Shown here piece by piece: positions 11,012 through 20,950 of a DNA stretch of 64,000 bases. Each line of letters opens with the position of its first letter. Within the stretch, counting starts at the first letter, position 1. The notes below the pieces were generated by a model. The model was not told where the DNA came from and did not search any database. It saw only the letters and a list, made by a program, of their open reading frames with translations. The position numbers and the translations under genes were made by a program. This DNA comes from an uncultured Rhodopirellula sp. Its GTDB lineage: Bacteria; Planctomycetota; Planctomycetia; Pirellulales; Pirellulaceae. The stretch lies in the NCBI GenBank assembly GCA_964007735.1, contig CAXGAI010000008.1, positions 62,001 through 126,000 of the forward strand, read 5' to 3'.

Positions 11012-12073
11012 TTATTCTTCCGCTTGGAGCAACTTCACCATCGCTTTGCCCATCGCTTCACCAATGTTCATATAAGTCTCCGCATTACTGCCATAATGGC
11101 TATTCGATGCACCACCCTGAGAGAGTGGATGACTGTAGACGGAAGCTACGTTGCCTTTAAATTCTTTGTATTTGCCGGTCTCGCCATCCACAGCAAGCTG
11201 TCCGTCGAGAATCTGGCGTTCTGCGCCTTTGGAATCCTTAGAAGTCTGGCCCAGTGTTGCACAAACAAATTTTGCATCCGGAGCATCAAAATCCTTGCGG
11301 AGCTGTTTGATTAGATGGACCAAATTCTGTTCATACCGACTGGCATGCCCGGAGTTGTAACGATCCTTGTCACCTTGCCACCAAAAGAAACCTGCAATTT
11401 CATATTCTTTGGCTTCCGGATAGTACTTATCCAGTTCTTTCAAAACTTGTTTCGCTCGTGCGACATCACCATCATATTGCATCCCGGCATACCAGTTGAT
11501 AGGTTCTGCTTTTGTTCCAACCTCCCATTTCAACGGTGATTCTTTATAAGCTGCATAATGGAACTTCTTACCTTTCTCCTCGTATTCAAATGAAGGACTT
11601 CCCGGTGGTAACAAATCCCACCCCAAACTGCGGTTCCCAATGCAGCTCTTAAGCAACAATACCGGAGCATCGGTTACTGCACCCAAGTAATGACCAATAC
11701 CGACTTCGGGGCCAATGCGACCACCCTTAATCGTAAGGAACTCATTATTGAATTGGCGAGCCCCACCAGTACCACTGCCCATCACTCGAACATTACGAAC
11801 ATCCTGACGCGTCGTCCAATTCCCTTCGTCATCAATCAGATAGGGATAAAGATCCTTGTCTTTTACTGCATGTTCCAAAGATCCATCACCACCTGTTACT
11901 TTGCCGAACCCGAGCATATTGGATTGGCCAAGTAAAATGTACACCTGTACTGGTTTCGTAATATCAGCAGGCTTACCATCAGGATCCGGTAACGTTTCCT
12001 GAGAATGAACATTTACCGATTGCAAAGAAAATACAATCAACCCAAGCAATGCAATATGTCTTTGGCTCATCAT
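11012..12073 (-). CDS. Sialate O-acetylesterase (SASA/CE6-like SGNH esterase)
   Basis: Signal peptide; LLGQSNM; GPEVG; WWQGDKD; C-terminal SHY histidine. Confidence 0.85.
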   Translation of the reverse strand: MMSQRHIALLGLIVFSLQSVNVHSQETLPDPDGKPADITKPVQVYILLGQSNMLGFGKVTGGDGSLEHAVKDKDLYPYLIDDEGNWTTRQDVRNVRVMGSGTGGARQFNNEFLTIKGGRIGPEVGIGHYLGAVTDAPVLLLKSCIGNRSLGWDLLPPGSPSFEYEEKGKKFHYAAYKESPLKWEVGTKAEPINWYAGMQYDGDVARAKQVLKELDKYYPEAKEYEIAGFFWWQGDKDRYNSGHASRYEQNLVHLIKQLRKDFDAPDAKFVCATLGQTSKDSKGAERQILDGQLAVDGETGKYKEFKGNVASVYSHPLSQGGASNSHYGSNAETYMNIGEAMGKAMVKLLQAEE

Positions 12074-12197
12074 TTCTGTTTGTTCCTTAAAAGTATTCCC
12101 GATTCCTCAATTGAAGAGATTCTCGACCAACGAGTAGAATAGATATTTATCTATCTCCTACTTATATCATATTACTTTACGGCCTAACCCACCCCCC

Positions 12198-14708
12198 ATG
12201 AGAATAGTTTTTATAATCTTCATCGCTACGCTCTCTAGTGTTTCCACGGCAAAAGCCAACGAAACAGTAGAACCGTTTGCGGTTCCGGGGCCAATTCAAA
12301 GAATTCTTCAACAAAGCTGTCTTCATTGCCATAACGGTGAAACCTCCGAAGGACAGATACGGCTTGATAGCCTTAGCGAATTACAGCACACCGAACGTCT
12401 CGAACTTCTCAACAAAGCTCAGGACCAACTCTTCTTTGGCTTGATGCCCCCCGAAGAGGCAGAGTCTTTAATGCCCCAACAACAAACAGAGCTTAGGAAT
12501 TGGCTCCGCGCGGAACTTCAGGCTCACAATGCCTCAAAGCTAGACGATAAACTGCTTTATCCATCTTATGGAAATTATGTGGATCATGATGCTTTGTTTG
12601 TAAGATCGGCATTAGAACCCGCGTTTACGCCGGCTCGTCGATGGCTGGTGAGCCCTCAAATCTTCCACCATCGTGTCATGGATATATTCCAACTCACTGA
12701 TCGCGAAAGGACGGGGTACGCCACACGAAGCTTCTTCGGAGTTACGAATCCATTCATCCTACCGGATCATTCAGGCGTACGGGACTATTCGATCACCTCG
12801 CTAGATGGTGGGCACCTGCTAGTAATGCTCAAAAATGCCCAATGGATTGCCAGCAAGCAAATCTTTGCTGCTGAAAACAAAGGGAAAGATCGTAATGCTA
12901 TTATCTATTCGAACAAGCAGGACCGTTGGTTCCCTCAAGTCACACCCATCGAGTTTGAGGAGATCATTGTCAGTGTTACCGAACCAACGGAAGACCAATT
13001 TCTGGCTGCTATTGTAAAACAGTTCCAGTTAGTACTACGACGACCTCCATCTACCGAAGAGCAGACGGCGTATCTGGAACTCATCAAATCAACGACTCAA
13101 TTGGCCGGGAAAACCGAAGGCCTGCGTCAAATGCTGGTTACCGTTCTTCTGGAGTCCGAGTTTCTTTATCGACTTGAGCTGGGAAGAGCTAAAGAAGATA
13201 CACATGGTCGCCGTCAATTAACACCTCACGAAGCCTCCTTTGCTATTTCCTATGCCTTAGGTGACCGGGGACCTGATGACACGTTACTTGAAGCTGCTCA
13301 GGAGGGGCGTCTGGAAACCCGAGAGGATTTCAAACGAGAAGTAACTCGGCTCCTAGCTGATGAGAACTACTACCGTGGCCAAATCGACTCAACACTCAAT
13401 GGTAAACATTATCAATCCGATGTCGTATCTCATCCAAAGATCATTCGCTTCTTCCGTGATTTTTTTGGGTACACCGGGTCGTTAAAAATTTTCAAAGACG
13501 TAAAACGTAGCGAAGGAAAATACCAAAACCCAGGCCGTGGTACTCACGGCACACCGGGCTGGCTCACTTATGAAGCTGATCGAATTGTGACCTACCACGT
13601 TGAACGTGATGAGGATGTCTTCAATTCCCTGCTAACATCAGACAAGTTCTTTGTCTACTACAACATGCCTCAAGAACAGGGGGATCAACTACTACGGGAA
13701 TGGCAGGAAGTCTATGAGCACTTGAAAGATACTGCCTGGAAAACCCAGCCTGAACGAGTTTTAGAAGAGAATCTGGAGTTTCTCAAAGAACGTAAAGGAA
13801 TGCGAATCATGGATAACTCCCGGCCGGGTGAACTTGTCAACCATATGCATTTCTTTGCCGAGTCATTTGGGCAGGGTAGAAAACCGTTCACGAGAATCCC
13901 CTGGTCACACGGATACACCTATCACCACTCACCTTTTTACAGCTTGCCGCCGACGCCAAGTATCGGCCGATATGGAAGTTGGAAGTCGACGCGTTACGAA
14001 GGTGATCGAATTGAATTGAAGTCATTTTGGGATTATCCCACGGAACAACCTTTCACCATTGAGAACCGGAAAGGTATTTTGACGCATCCAGCCTGGCTCA
14101 TTGCTCATTCAACGAACTTCCATGCAGACCCAATTCGTCGAGGGCGATGGATTAGGGAGAAGCTACTAGCCGGGCGTGTACCGGATGTACCAATCACCGT
14201 TGATGCTCAGGTTCCTGAAGACCCCCATCATACATTCCGTGAACGAGTTGAAATGGTTACGCAAGGCAATGAATGCTGGAAATGTCACAAAGAAATGAAT
14301 CCACTCGGTTTTGCTTTTGAAATGTACGATGACTTCGGCCGTTTCCGGACTGTCGAAAAACTGGAGCATCCCGAAAACCTTATTAAAAGTGGCGATGGCA
14401 AGGGCACATTTGATGTCTATAAAACAACGCCTGTTGTTACCTCTGGTTCACTTACTGGTACCGGAGCGGAAGAGTTAGACGGAGCGGTGGATAACGCGCT
14501 CGAATTAATCGATCGATTAGCACAGTCTGACCGAGTGCGACAATCCATTATTCGTCATGCGTTTCGCTTCTATCTGGGACGCAACGAGATGTTATCCGAT
14601 GCGAAGACGCTGCGGGACGCTGACAAAGCTTATCTGAGCAGTGGAGGAAGCTTCAAATCGATCATCATTTCACTGCTAACATCCGATTCATTTATATATA
14701 GAAAGTAA
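12198..14708 (+). CDS. DUF1592/DUF1588/DUF1585-type planctomycete cytochrome c protein
   Basis: CLHCH and CWKCH heme motifs; RKGILTHPAWL; PIRRGRWIREKLL; NPLGFAFEMYD; FRFYLGRNE. Confidence 0.88.
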   Translation: MRIVFIIFIATLSSVSTAKANETVEPFAVPGPIQRILQQSCLHCHNGETSEGQIRLDSLSELQHTERLELLNKAQDQLFFGLMPPEEAESLMPQQQTELRNWLRAELQAHNASKLDDKLLYPSYGNYVDHDALFVRSALEPAFTPARRWLVSPQIFHHRVMDIFQLTDRERTGYATRSFFGVTNPFILPDHSGVRDYSITSLDGGHLLVMLKNAQWIASKQIFAAENKGKDRNAIIYSNKQDRWFPQVTPIEFEEIIVSVTEPTEDQFLAAIVKQFQLVLRRPPSTEEQTAYLELIKSTTQLAGKTEGLRQMLVTVLLESEFLYRLELGRAKEDTHGRRQLTPHEASFAISYALGDRGPDDTLLEAAQEGRLETREDFKREVTRLLADENYYRGQIDSTLNGKHYQSDVVSHPKIIRFFRDFFGYTGSLKIFKDVKRSEGKYQNPGRGTHGTPGWLTYEADRIVTYHVERDEDVFNSLLTSDKFFVYYNMPQEQGDQLLREWQEVYEHLKDTAWKTQPERVLEENLEFLKERKGMRIMDNSRPGELVNHMHFFAESFGQGRKPFTRIPWSHGYTYHHSPFYSLPPTPSIGRYGSWKSTRYEGDRIELKSFWDYPTEQPFTIENRKGILTHPAWLIAHSTNFHADPIRRGRWIREKLLAGRVPDVPITVDAQVPEDPHHTFRERVEMVTQGNECWKCHKEMNPLGFAFEMYDDFGRFRTVEKLEHPENLIKSGDGKGTFDVYKTTPVVTSGSLTGTGAEELDGAVDNALELIDRLAQSDRVRQSIIRHAFRFYLGRNEMLSDAKTLRDADKAYLSSGGSFKSIIISLLTSDSFIYRK

Positions 14709-14777
14709 CCTGCCAGTTGTTCTGACAGGGTAAACTTAGTTAATAAACACATTATGCCGTATTCAAAAAGACAACCA

Positions 14778-16178
14778 ATGGACTCACGACGCGACTTCTT
14801 AAAGACAAGCCTCTTCGGTATCGGTGCCAGCGCCTTAATGAATCCACAATTAAGTTGGGGTTCGGAAGATAAGCCACCAATGCGGTTCATCTTTATGCAC
14901 CGGGGTAACGGTCTTTGGCCGCGGGTAATGGTTCCACCAAGCTTCGACGAAACTCTTCAAAAGAAAGAACAGCAAAAGAGTGCTTACGAAGTAGATCTGA
15001 ACGGTCACGAATTACCAGAATGGATGGCGCCGCTAAGTAACCATGTCGATAATCTGACAATTCTTCAGGGTTTGTCGGGTAAAATGTGTACCGTTGGTCA
15101 CCACTCATGGTCCTCTTCTTTGGGGGTTTATAAAGCGAATGAACGCGTGAGCTCTATTAAATGGGCAACCGTGGACTTTGAATTAGCAAAGCTATTTCCC
15201 TCTCCGGTAGAACACCTTGAGCTGGCCTGTTTCCCCTTGGGTGGTGGCAACGCGCGTGGAAGCTTGGATGGCATCGCAACTGGTTTTTCTGCGCGTGGCC
15301 CTCAACAACCTAACTATGCTTTTGGTTCTCCACGCATTGCAATGGAAGAGTTGTTTAAGTCCGTATCAAAGGATCAGGCAACTCAGGTACAGTATCAACT
15401 TGATCGCATGGTTTTGGAATTTGCTGCTCGAAATGAAGGTGCTACCGCCAGGACTCTGGTGAACGCAGAGAAGAATAAAATACAAAACTACGCAAATTCG
15501 ATCGAAGCAATTCGAGAACGCAGCCGCAAAGTCGATGCCATGGCTGAGACTATTCGCAAACATGTTCCACAACTCGATCCAAAGTACCTTGAGGCTGATA
15601 TTAGTACATTTGACCGACAAATCGGTCACGCCGAAGTGCTTCTGGGAGCTCTGATTTCGGGTCTGACCAATGTCGTTGCATTTACTGTCGATGAATTGGG
15701 ACATGCCTATACAGGTATTACCGGGATCGAAGGTGCCACTGTGAATATGCATGATGTGGGGCATGGCAAAACAATCGCCGGTGTCGAAGCTGCCGAGATT
15801 CGAAAGCGTTGTCGTACTCATCACATGAAACTCGTCGATACCATCGTTCAGCGATTAAAGAGTGTTCCTGAAGGTGATGGAACAATGTTTGATAATACCA
15901 TGCTGCTCTACTTCCCTGATGGTGGAGAGACTCATCACAGCCACGGTTACGAATTCCCATTCGTGATTTTGGCTGGTGATAACACCAGACTAAATATTGG
16001 CCGGCGTTATATCCGTTTGCCGAATTATGGTGATGCCGGTCACAAAACGTTAGGAAATTTCTATACGACGCTATTAAATGCCTACGGTAATCCGATCGAG
16101 CACTACGGTGCATTGGATGTAGGCCTGAATGCCTACGGTATCGATCAAACCGGTCCCATGACAAAACTAATGGGATAG
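14778..16178 (+). CDS. DUF1552 domain protein (Tat-exported)
   Basis: SRRDFLK; LKSVPEGDGTMFDNT; GETHHS. This is the canonical partner of DUF1592/1588 genes. An alternative start exists at 14754. Confidence 0.88.
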   Translation: MDSRRDFLKTSLFGIGASALMNPQLSWGSEDKPPMRFIFMHRGNGLWPRVMVPPSFDETLQKKEQQKSAYEVDLNGHELPEWMAPLSNHVDNLTILQGLSGKMCTVGHHSWSSSLGVYKANERVSSIKWATVDFELAKLFPSPVEHLELACFPLGGGNARGSLDGIATGFSARGPQQPNYAFGSPRIAMEELFKSVSKDQATQVQYQLDRMVLEFAARNEGATARTLVNAEKNKIQNYANSIEAIRERSRKVDAMAETIRKHVPQLDPKYLEADISTFDRQIGHAEVLLGALISGLTNVVAFTVDELGHAYTGITGIEGATVNMHDVGHGKTIAGVEAAEIRKRCRTHHMKLVDTIVQRLKSVPEGDGTMFDNTMLLYFPDGGETHHSHGYEFPFVILAGDNTRLNIGRRYIRLPNYGDAGHKTLGNFYTTLLNAYGNPIEHYGALDVGLNAYGIDQTGPMTKLMG

Positions 16179-16378
16179 AATTGAGTACCTCTAACTCAAA
16201 CGGCTGAATGTTCTTATTGTTTCTAACTTGATCGCTTGTTTTAACGGGATGGTTTTTTTTAAGAACCAGCGGTGTTACTAAAACCACAAGAACAAAATGC
16301 AGCCCGTGGGGCATATTTGATTCTATAATGAGATGCATCCTTCTGTATGTGAACTCATTTCATTAAGAATCTAAAGTA

Positions 16379-17128
16379 ATGCGTATCCTTCTAACTCTCT
16401 TACTACTGCTCACCTCGGCTAACTGTTTTGCAGACCCTATTAAGGTCGCAGTGTTTGACGGGGAAGGCGTTGGTAAAAGTTGTACAAACTTAATCACTGC
16501 CCTCACCAAATCTGGAAATACTGATTTCAAACTTACACGTATCACAACACCGGAGATTTTAGATGGCGGGTTATCGCAAGTCGACGTTTTAATTCATTCG
16601 GGTGGAAGTGGTAGTAAACAGGGCAATGATCTTGGCGAGGAAGGCCGCAAGATAGTCCGTCAATATATCGATCAGGGGGGTGGTTTTTTGGGGGTCTGTG
16701 CCGGGGCTTATCTTGCAACCAACGACTATAGTTGGTCGCTTAACCTTATCGATGCCAAAGTACTCGACCGAAAACACTGGGCACGTGGTATGGGGACTGT
16801 GCAATTGGAACTCTCACCTTCCGGACAGAAGTTATTTCAGACTGCGGAATCGACTCTGGACATCTATTACGGTCAGGGACCATTGCTTGCCCGAAGAGAA
16901 TGGGATGACCCTAAAACTCCCGATTATGAAAGTCTTGCGATTTATGCTTCGGAGATTGCTAAGAATGGTGCGCCCAGTGGCATCATGAAGGGAACCTCTG
17001 CCGCTGTTCGTTGCAAGTACGGAAAAGGGAAGGTGTTTTGCTTTAGCGCTCATCCCGAACTTACTGACGGACTGCAACACTTAATCCCCACGGTGGTGAA
17101 CTGGTTAGCTGACGATAAAACAAAATAA
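16379..17128 (+). CDS. BPL_N-like class I glutamine amidotransferase-fold protein, secreted
   Basis: GGSGS; GFLGVCAGAY nucleophile elbow; SAHPE (His-x-Glu); signal peptide. Confidence 0.8.
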   Translation: MRILLTLLLLLTSANCFADPIKVAVFDGEGVGKSCTNLITALTKSGNTDFKLTRITTPEILDGGLSQVDVLIHSGGSGSKQGNDLGEEGRKIVRQYIDQGGGFLGVCAGAYLATNDYSWSLNLIDAKVLDRKHWARGMGTVQLELSPSGQKLFQTAESTLDIYYGQGPLLARREWDDPKTPDYESLAIYASEIAKNGAPSGIMKGTSAAVRCKYGKGKVFCFSAHPELTDGLQHLIPTVVNWLADDKTK

Positions 17129-17149
17129 CATGAAAGTGAATCTCTCCAT

Positions 17150-18634
17150 ATGAAGCCTTATTGCTTGTTCTTTTTCTTACTTACAATCTGCCCGCTGCAG
17201 GCAGGGGAAGGGACATCTCTGGCCGGAACGAAACCCAACATTATTCTTGTACTAACCGACGATCAGGGGATGGGTGATTTGTCCTGTATGGGAAACGACG
17301 TCCTGAACACGCCAAACCTCGACAAATTTCATTCCATGGCAACACGTTTCACTGATTTCCATGTAAGTCCCACCTGTGCACCAACCAGGGCTGCTATTTT
17401 CAGTGGACGCCATGAATTTCGTAATGGAGTCACACATACCGTTAAAGAACGTGAAAGAATGGCGCTTTCAACAACTACTTTCCCTCAACTGTTACAAACT
17501 GCGGGATATGAAACCGGTATCTTTGGTAAGTGGCATCTGGGAGACGAGGACGCATACCAACCGTACAATCGCGGGTTTAGCGAAACATTCATTCACGGAG
17601 CAGGAGGTATCGGACAATCCTATCCGGGTAGTTGTGCAGATTTCCCTCCTAACCGTATCGCGGAAAATATGTACTTTGACAATGTCATCCTGCACAATGA
17701 TACCATCGTCAAGACCAAAGGATTCTGTACGGATGTCTTTTTTCACTCCGCTCTTGGATGGATAAAGAAACAGCACAAATCGAAAACGCCGTACTTCGCC
17801 TACATTACGTTGAATGCCCCTCATGATCCCTATGTCGCACCAGAAAAATATACTAGGCGATTTGCCGAGGCGGGTTGGGATAAACTGACTCAGGGGCGAT
17901 ACGGGATGATTGAAAACATTGATGATAATTTTGGACTACTGATGTCCAAACTAAACGAATGGAACGCCTGGGAGAACACACTTGTCATCTTCATGACAGA
18001 CAATGGACAAGCTAGACGAAGTGGAACACTCAACGGACAAAAAACCACGATTTTTAGTGCCGGGTTTAAAACCGGTAAAGGTTCCACTTACGAAGGCGGA
18101 ACCCACGTGCCGTCATTTTGGTACTGGAAAGATAAACTTAATTCCGGTGTCGATATTCCGGTACTCACTGCACACATCGATCTATATAAGACTTTCTGTG
18201 AACTAGCCGGAGTAACAATACCTGACAACATCCAGACAATCGACGGACGGACGCTGGTGCCCCTACTGAAAGATCCTCAGGCAAAATGGGAAGATCGTCA
18301 GTTATTTTTCCATCAGGGCCGCTGGGAAAAAGGAGCGAATCCTAACGACAGCAAGTTTGCCCCTCATGCGGTACGAACCACGCGTTGGCGTTTTGTTAAA
18401 AATACTGAGTTATACGACATTTCAAAGGATCCATATGAAACTACCAATGTCTTTGATCAACATCCGGAGGTTGTGGCCAAACTAAGAAAGGCCTACGACC
18501 GCTGGTGGGAAGAAACACTCCCACTTATGGTCAATGAAAACGTCCCTTATGCTCCGAAACAACCACAGGCCGTGCGGTATGAAAAGCAACTCAAAACCCG
18601 AGGGATTCCGAATTGGACACCGCCCAAGCTGTAA
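17150..18634 (+). CDS. Arylsulfatase
   Basis: PNIILVLTDDQG; CAPTRAAIFSG; GKWHLG; TDNG; YEGGTHVP. Confidence 0.93.
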   Translation: MKPYCLFFFLLTICPLQAGEGTSLAGTKPNIILVLTDDQGMGDLSCMGNDVLNTPNLDKFHSMATRFTDFHVSPTCAPTRAAIFSGRHEFRNGVTHTVKERERMALSTTTFPQLLQTAGYETGIFGKWHLGDEDAYQPYNRGFSETFIHGAGGIGQSYPGSCADFPPNRIAENMYFDNVILHNDTIVKTKGFCTDVFFHSALGWIKKQHKSKTPYFAYITLNAPHDPYVAPEKYTRRFAEAGWDKLTQGRYGMIENIDDNFGLLMSKLNEWNAWENTLVIFMTDNGQARRSGTLNGQKTTIFSAGFKTGKGSTYEGGTHVPSFWYWKDKLNSGVDIPVLTAHIDLYKTFCELAGVTIPDNIQTIDGRTLVPLLKDPQAKWEDRQLFFHQGRWEKGANPNDSKFAPHAVRTTRWRFVKNTELYDISKDPYETTNVFDQHPEVVAKLRKAYDRWWEETLPLMVNENVPYAPKQPQAVRYEKQLKTRGIPNWTPPKL

Positions 18635-18651
18635 CTTAGATCATCCATTAT

Positions 18652-19260
18652 CTAATTTTCATCCATTCCCAACTCGTTTAGCGGAGCGTGTAAACGTATC
18701 GCTGCCGCATGACGATTTCCAGGTTGCTGATTAGCAAACGTTACTAAAGGGTCATCGTGAGGTCCATTACTCCAAAAGCCGTTTCCGCTTTCCGTCACAC
18801 CCAAGCGAAAACGTTCTTTCCCCTGCCCAAAAATACGAAACATCGACATAATCTGATCTCTCTCTAAATTGCGACCAACCTGGATCGCACCATTCGGGTC
18901 AAATGGTGTATCGCCAAAAGCATCAGCGCGACCCACACGTAGCATACCGGTCGTCCAAACATCATCAGCAACCGTAAGTCTGGCGGGTGGATTAGTGGCT
19001 GGAGTTGGATCTATTTGCACTCGATCACGATCATCTATGGTAATAGCTGTAGAATTATAGTTCGCACCGTAGATCCCCAAACGTCCCCGGTCGTCCACTC
19101 GTAAACCACCCGCATGCTTTCCATTGAGTTTGATCACGATTGCGGTTCCTGGCTTTTCAAGATCAATTTCAATCGGCTGATCCCGCTTTTCAATGTTGGA
19201 TAAACCACAAATGAGAACCGCAATAAACGACAATGCCCCAGACGTAATTCCTGATTTCAT
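18652..19260 (-). CDS. Hypothetical beta-rich protein with N-terminal hydrophobic segment
   Basis: 202-aa ORF 22 bp downstream of the nitrilase gene on the same strand; no recognisable family. Confidence 0.6.
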   Translation of the reverse strand: MKSGITSGALSFIAVLICGLSNIEKRDQPIEIDLEKPGTAIVIKLNGKHAGGLRVDDRGRLGIYGANYNSTAITIDDRDRVQIDPTPATNPPARLTVADDVWTTGMLRVGRADAFGDTPFDPNGAIQVGRNLERDQIMSMFRIFGQGKERFRLGVTESGNGFWSNGPHDDPLVTFANQQPGNRHAAAIRLHAPLNELGMDEN

Positions 19261-19282
19261 CTACTTACTCACAAAAAAATAA

Positions 19283-20689
19283 CTATTCTTCACTCGGGAC
19301 AACCGGTGTATGACTTGGAAGTTGAGCCTTGAAATCTCCCAGACTTGACCAAATCAACGGACGGCCAAGATCGACTTCTGATACCACGACTTCACCGAAT
19401 TCCTGAGCTTGGGAGAGGACTTTACCATCACGGCCATAAACTCCCGTGATCATCCAATCTAAGTCCACACCGCAGTAGGTGCTACTAACAACAAAGACAT
19501 GATTCTCGCAAGCTCTGGCAGCCCCCAACAACGGGTTGCACCCCCAGACTGGCCAACAGATAACTTCAGCTCCGTTCTGGCTAAGCTTACGGGCAACCTC
19601 CGGAAAAAACCCGTCATAACAAATCATCATTCCGACTTTGCCAAACGATGTTTCAAACACCGGGTATTCGATGCCTGGCGTAATACCACCTTCAATTTCA
19701 CCTCGAGGGAGTGTAACCTTTCGGTACTTACCGACAAAGCCTTCCGGGCCTACTAAGGCAGCCGTATTAAAAACCAGTCGTCCCTCGCGTTCAAGCAAAC
19801 CGGCACAGATATACAAGTCGTATTTTTTAGCCAGAGTTTCAAAGTACTCAGTGGACTCACCAGGAATCGCCTCTGCACATTCGTGATATTTCAAACTGCG
19901 ACCATAGTAAGTAAGACATTCAGGTAAAACAACAATATTTGCTCCCTGTTTGGCTGCCTTGGAGATCAAGGGTTCAAATAGCTTACACTTTTCAAGATTA
20001 GAGTCACCACCGACTGGTCTGAAATGTACAGTCGCCAGTTTTACTTTTCGAGGAAGCGGAGCTTTTGTCTGACTAATATTAACCTGAGCCCACTCAACTT
20101 TCCCACGAGCTTCCCAGCGATAAGACAACTCAATAATCCCTTGAGTTGCGGCTGAGGGGACTAGATAGGTACCTTTTATTAAGCTCCAACCATTCTCAAG
20201 TTCATCCACGATCGCTGGAAATTCCGGTTCAGCACGAGGTTGCGTTCCTCGAGCATAGCTAGCATCAGAAACAAAGTCGTGTTTCACGCGGTTCCCGTCA
20301 GCATCGCGCCAGAGCACACGTGTTACCGCCGTTCGCCTGCCAAGCTTTAAGTTCTTAGTACGCTGTAAAGCGGTGAATTCGTAGTATTTACCACCGTCTA
20401 CTGGAAACGATTTCTCAAACCAGCCAAAAGACCCTGACCGATGATCGGTGGAAATACTAAAGCTACCAAGGCCATCCGGGCCTCCCCGTACATTGTATTC
20501 AAAGTCCGGTGCAATCTCTTCCCGAGGAGATACCGCAGTCCAGCCAGCAGGCCCTCGTTCGATTTTATGAATCTTCGTTTTTGCGGTACCTTTACCGAAA
20601 TGAACCTGGCCGTACGAAATATCCTGAGCTGTAACAAAAGAGCATATTATTCCCAGCAAAACAAATAATCTGAGGGGCAAGCTTTTCAT
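19283..20689 (-). CDS. Carbon-nitrogen hydrolase (nitrilase superfamily) with N-terminal beta-sandwich domain
   Basis: Glu-Lys-Cys triad: VLPEC, YRKVTL, ICYDG; ARACEN. ATG at 20689 follows a GGGAG RBS and gives a signal peptide. Confidence 0.88.
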   Translation of the reverse strand: MKSLPLRLFVLLGIICSFVTAQDISYGQVHFGKGTAKTKIHKIERGPAGWTAVSPREEIAPDFEYNVRGGPDGLGSFSISTDHRSGSFGWFEKSFPVDGGKYYEFTALQRTKNLKLGRRTAVTRVLWRDADGNRVKHDFVSDASYARGTQPRAEPEFPAIVDELENGWSLIKGTYLVPSAATQGIIELSYRWEARGKVEWAQVNISQTKAPLPRKVKLATVHFRPVGGDSNLEKCKLFEPLISKAAKQGANIVVLPECLTYYGRSLKYHECAEAIPGESTEYFETLAKKYDLYICAGLLEREGRLVFNTAALVGPEGFVGKYRKVTLPRGEIEGGITPGIEYPVFETSFGKVGMMICYDGFFPEVARKLSQNGAEVICWPVWGCNPLLGAARACENHVFVVSSTYCGVDLDWMITGVYGRDGKVLSQAQEFGEVVVSEVDLGRPLIWSSLGDFKAQLPSHTPVVPSEE

Positions 20690-20756
20690 TTCATTTCTCC
20701 CTTTTAAGCTGCCTTGGTTCATCTCAACAAATCAGGCCAGCAGATCACAGATATCC

Positions 20757-20780
20757 TTCACAAATCAGGGGATTTGTGAA
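20757..20780. promoter_or_regulatory. Perfect 10-bp inverted repeat (possible operator or hairpin) in a divergent intergenic region
   Basis: TTCACAAATC-AGGG-GATTTGTGAA between the nitrilase and cold-shock genes. Confidence 0.45.
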
Positions 20781-20950
20781 CGCGAAGTATTTGTTGAAAT
20801 TCTACCGAATCCTCGGATTAATAGGCGGTATTATCTTCTCAATTCGATTAGAATAAAATTTATCTGATTCATACGGTTCGAAGGGAGAGTATTCTTCGGG
20901 GTAGTGAAATCAGTTAACACTTTTTTAAACGATATAGAGTAGAGATAGAG

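Noticed and set aside
15718..16338. 206-aa minus-strand ORF
   Set aside because: It is mostly antisense to the DUF1552 gene, has atypical His/Arg-rich composition and shows no motifs; it is a shadow ORF.
20757..20780. Rex operator
   Set aside because: The half-sites are in the opposite order and spacing to the Rex consensus TTGTGAA-N4-TTCACAA.
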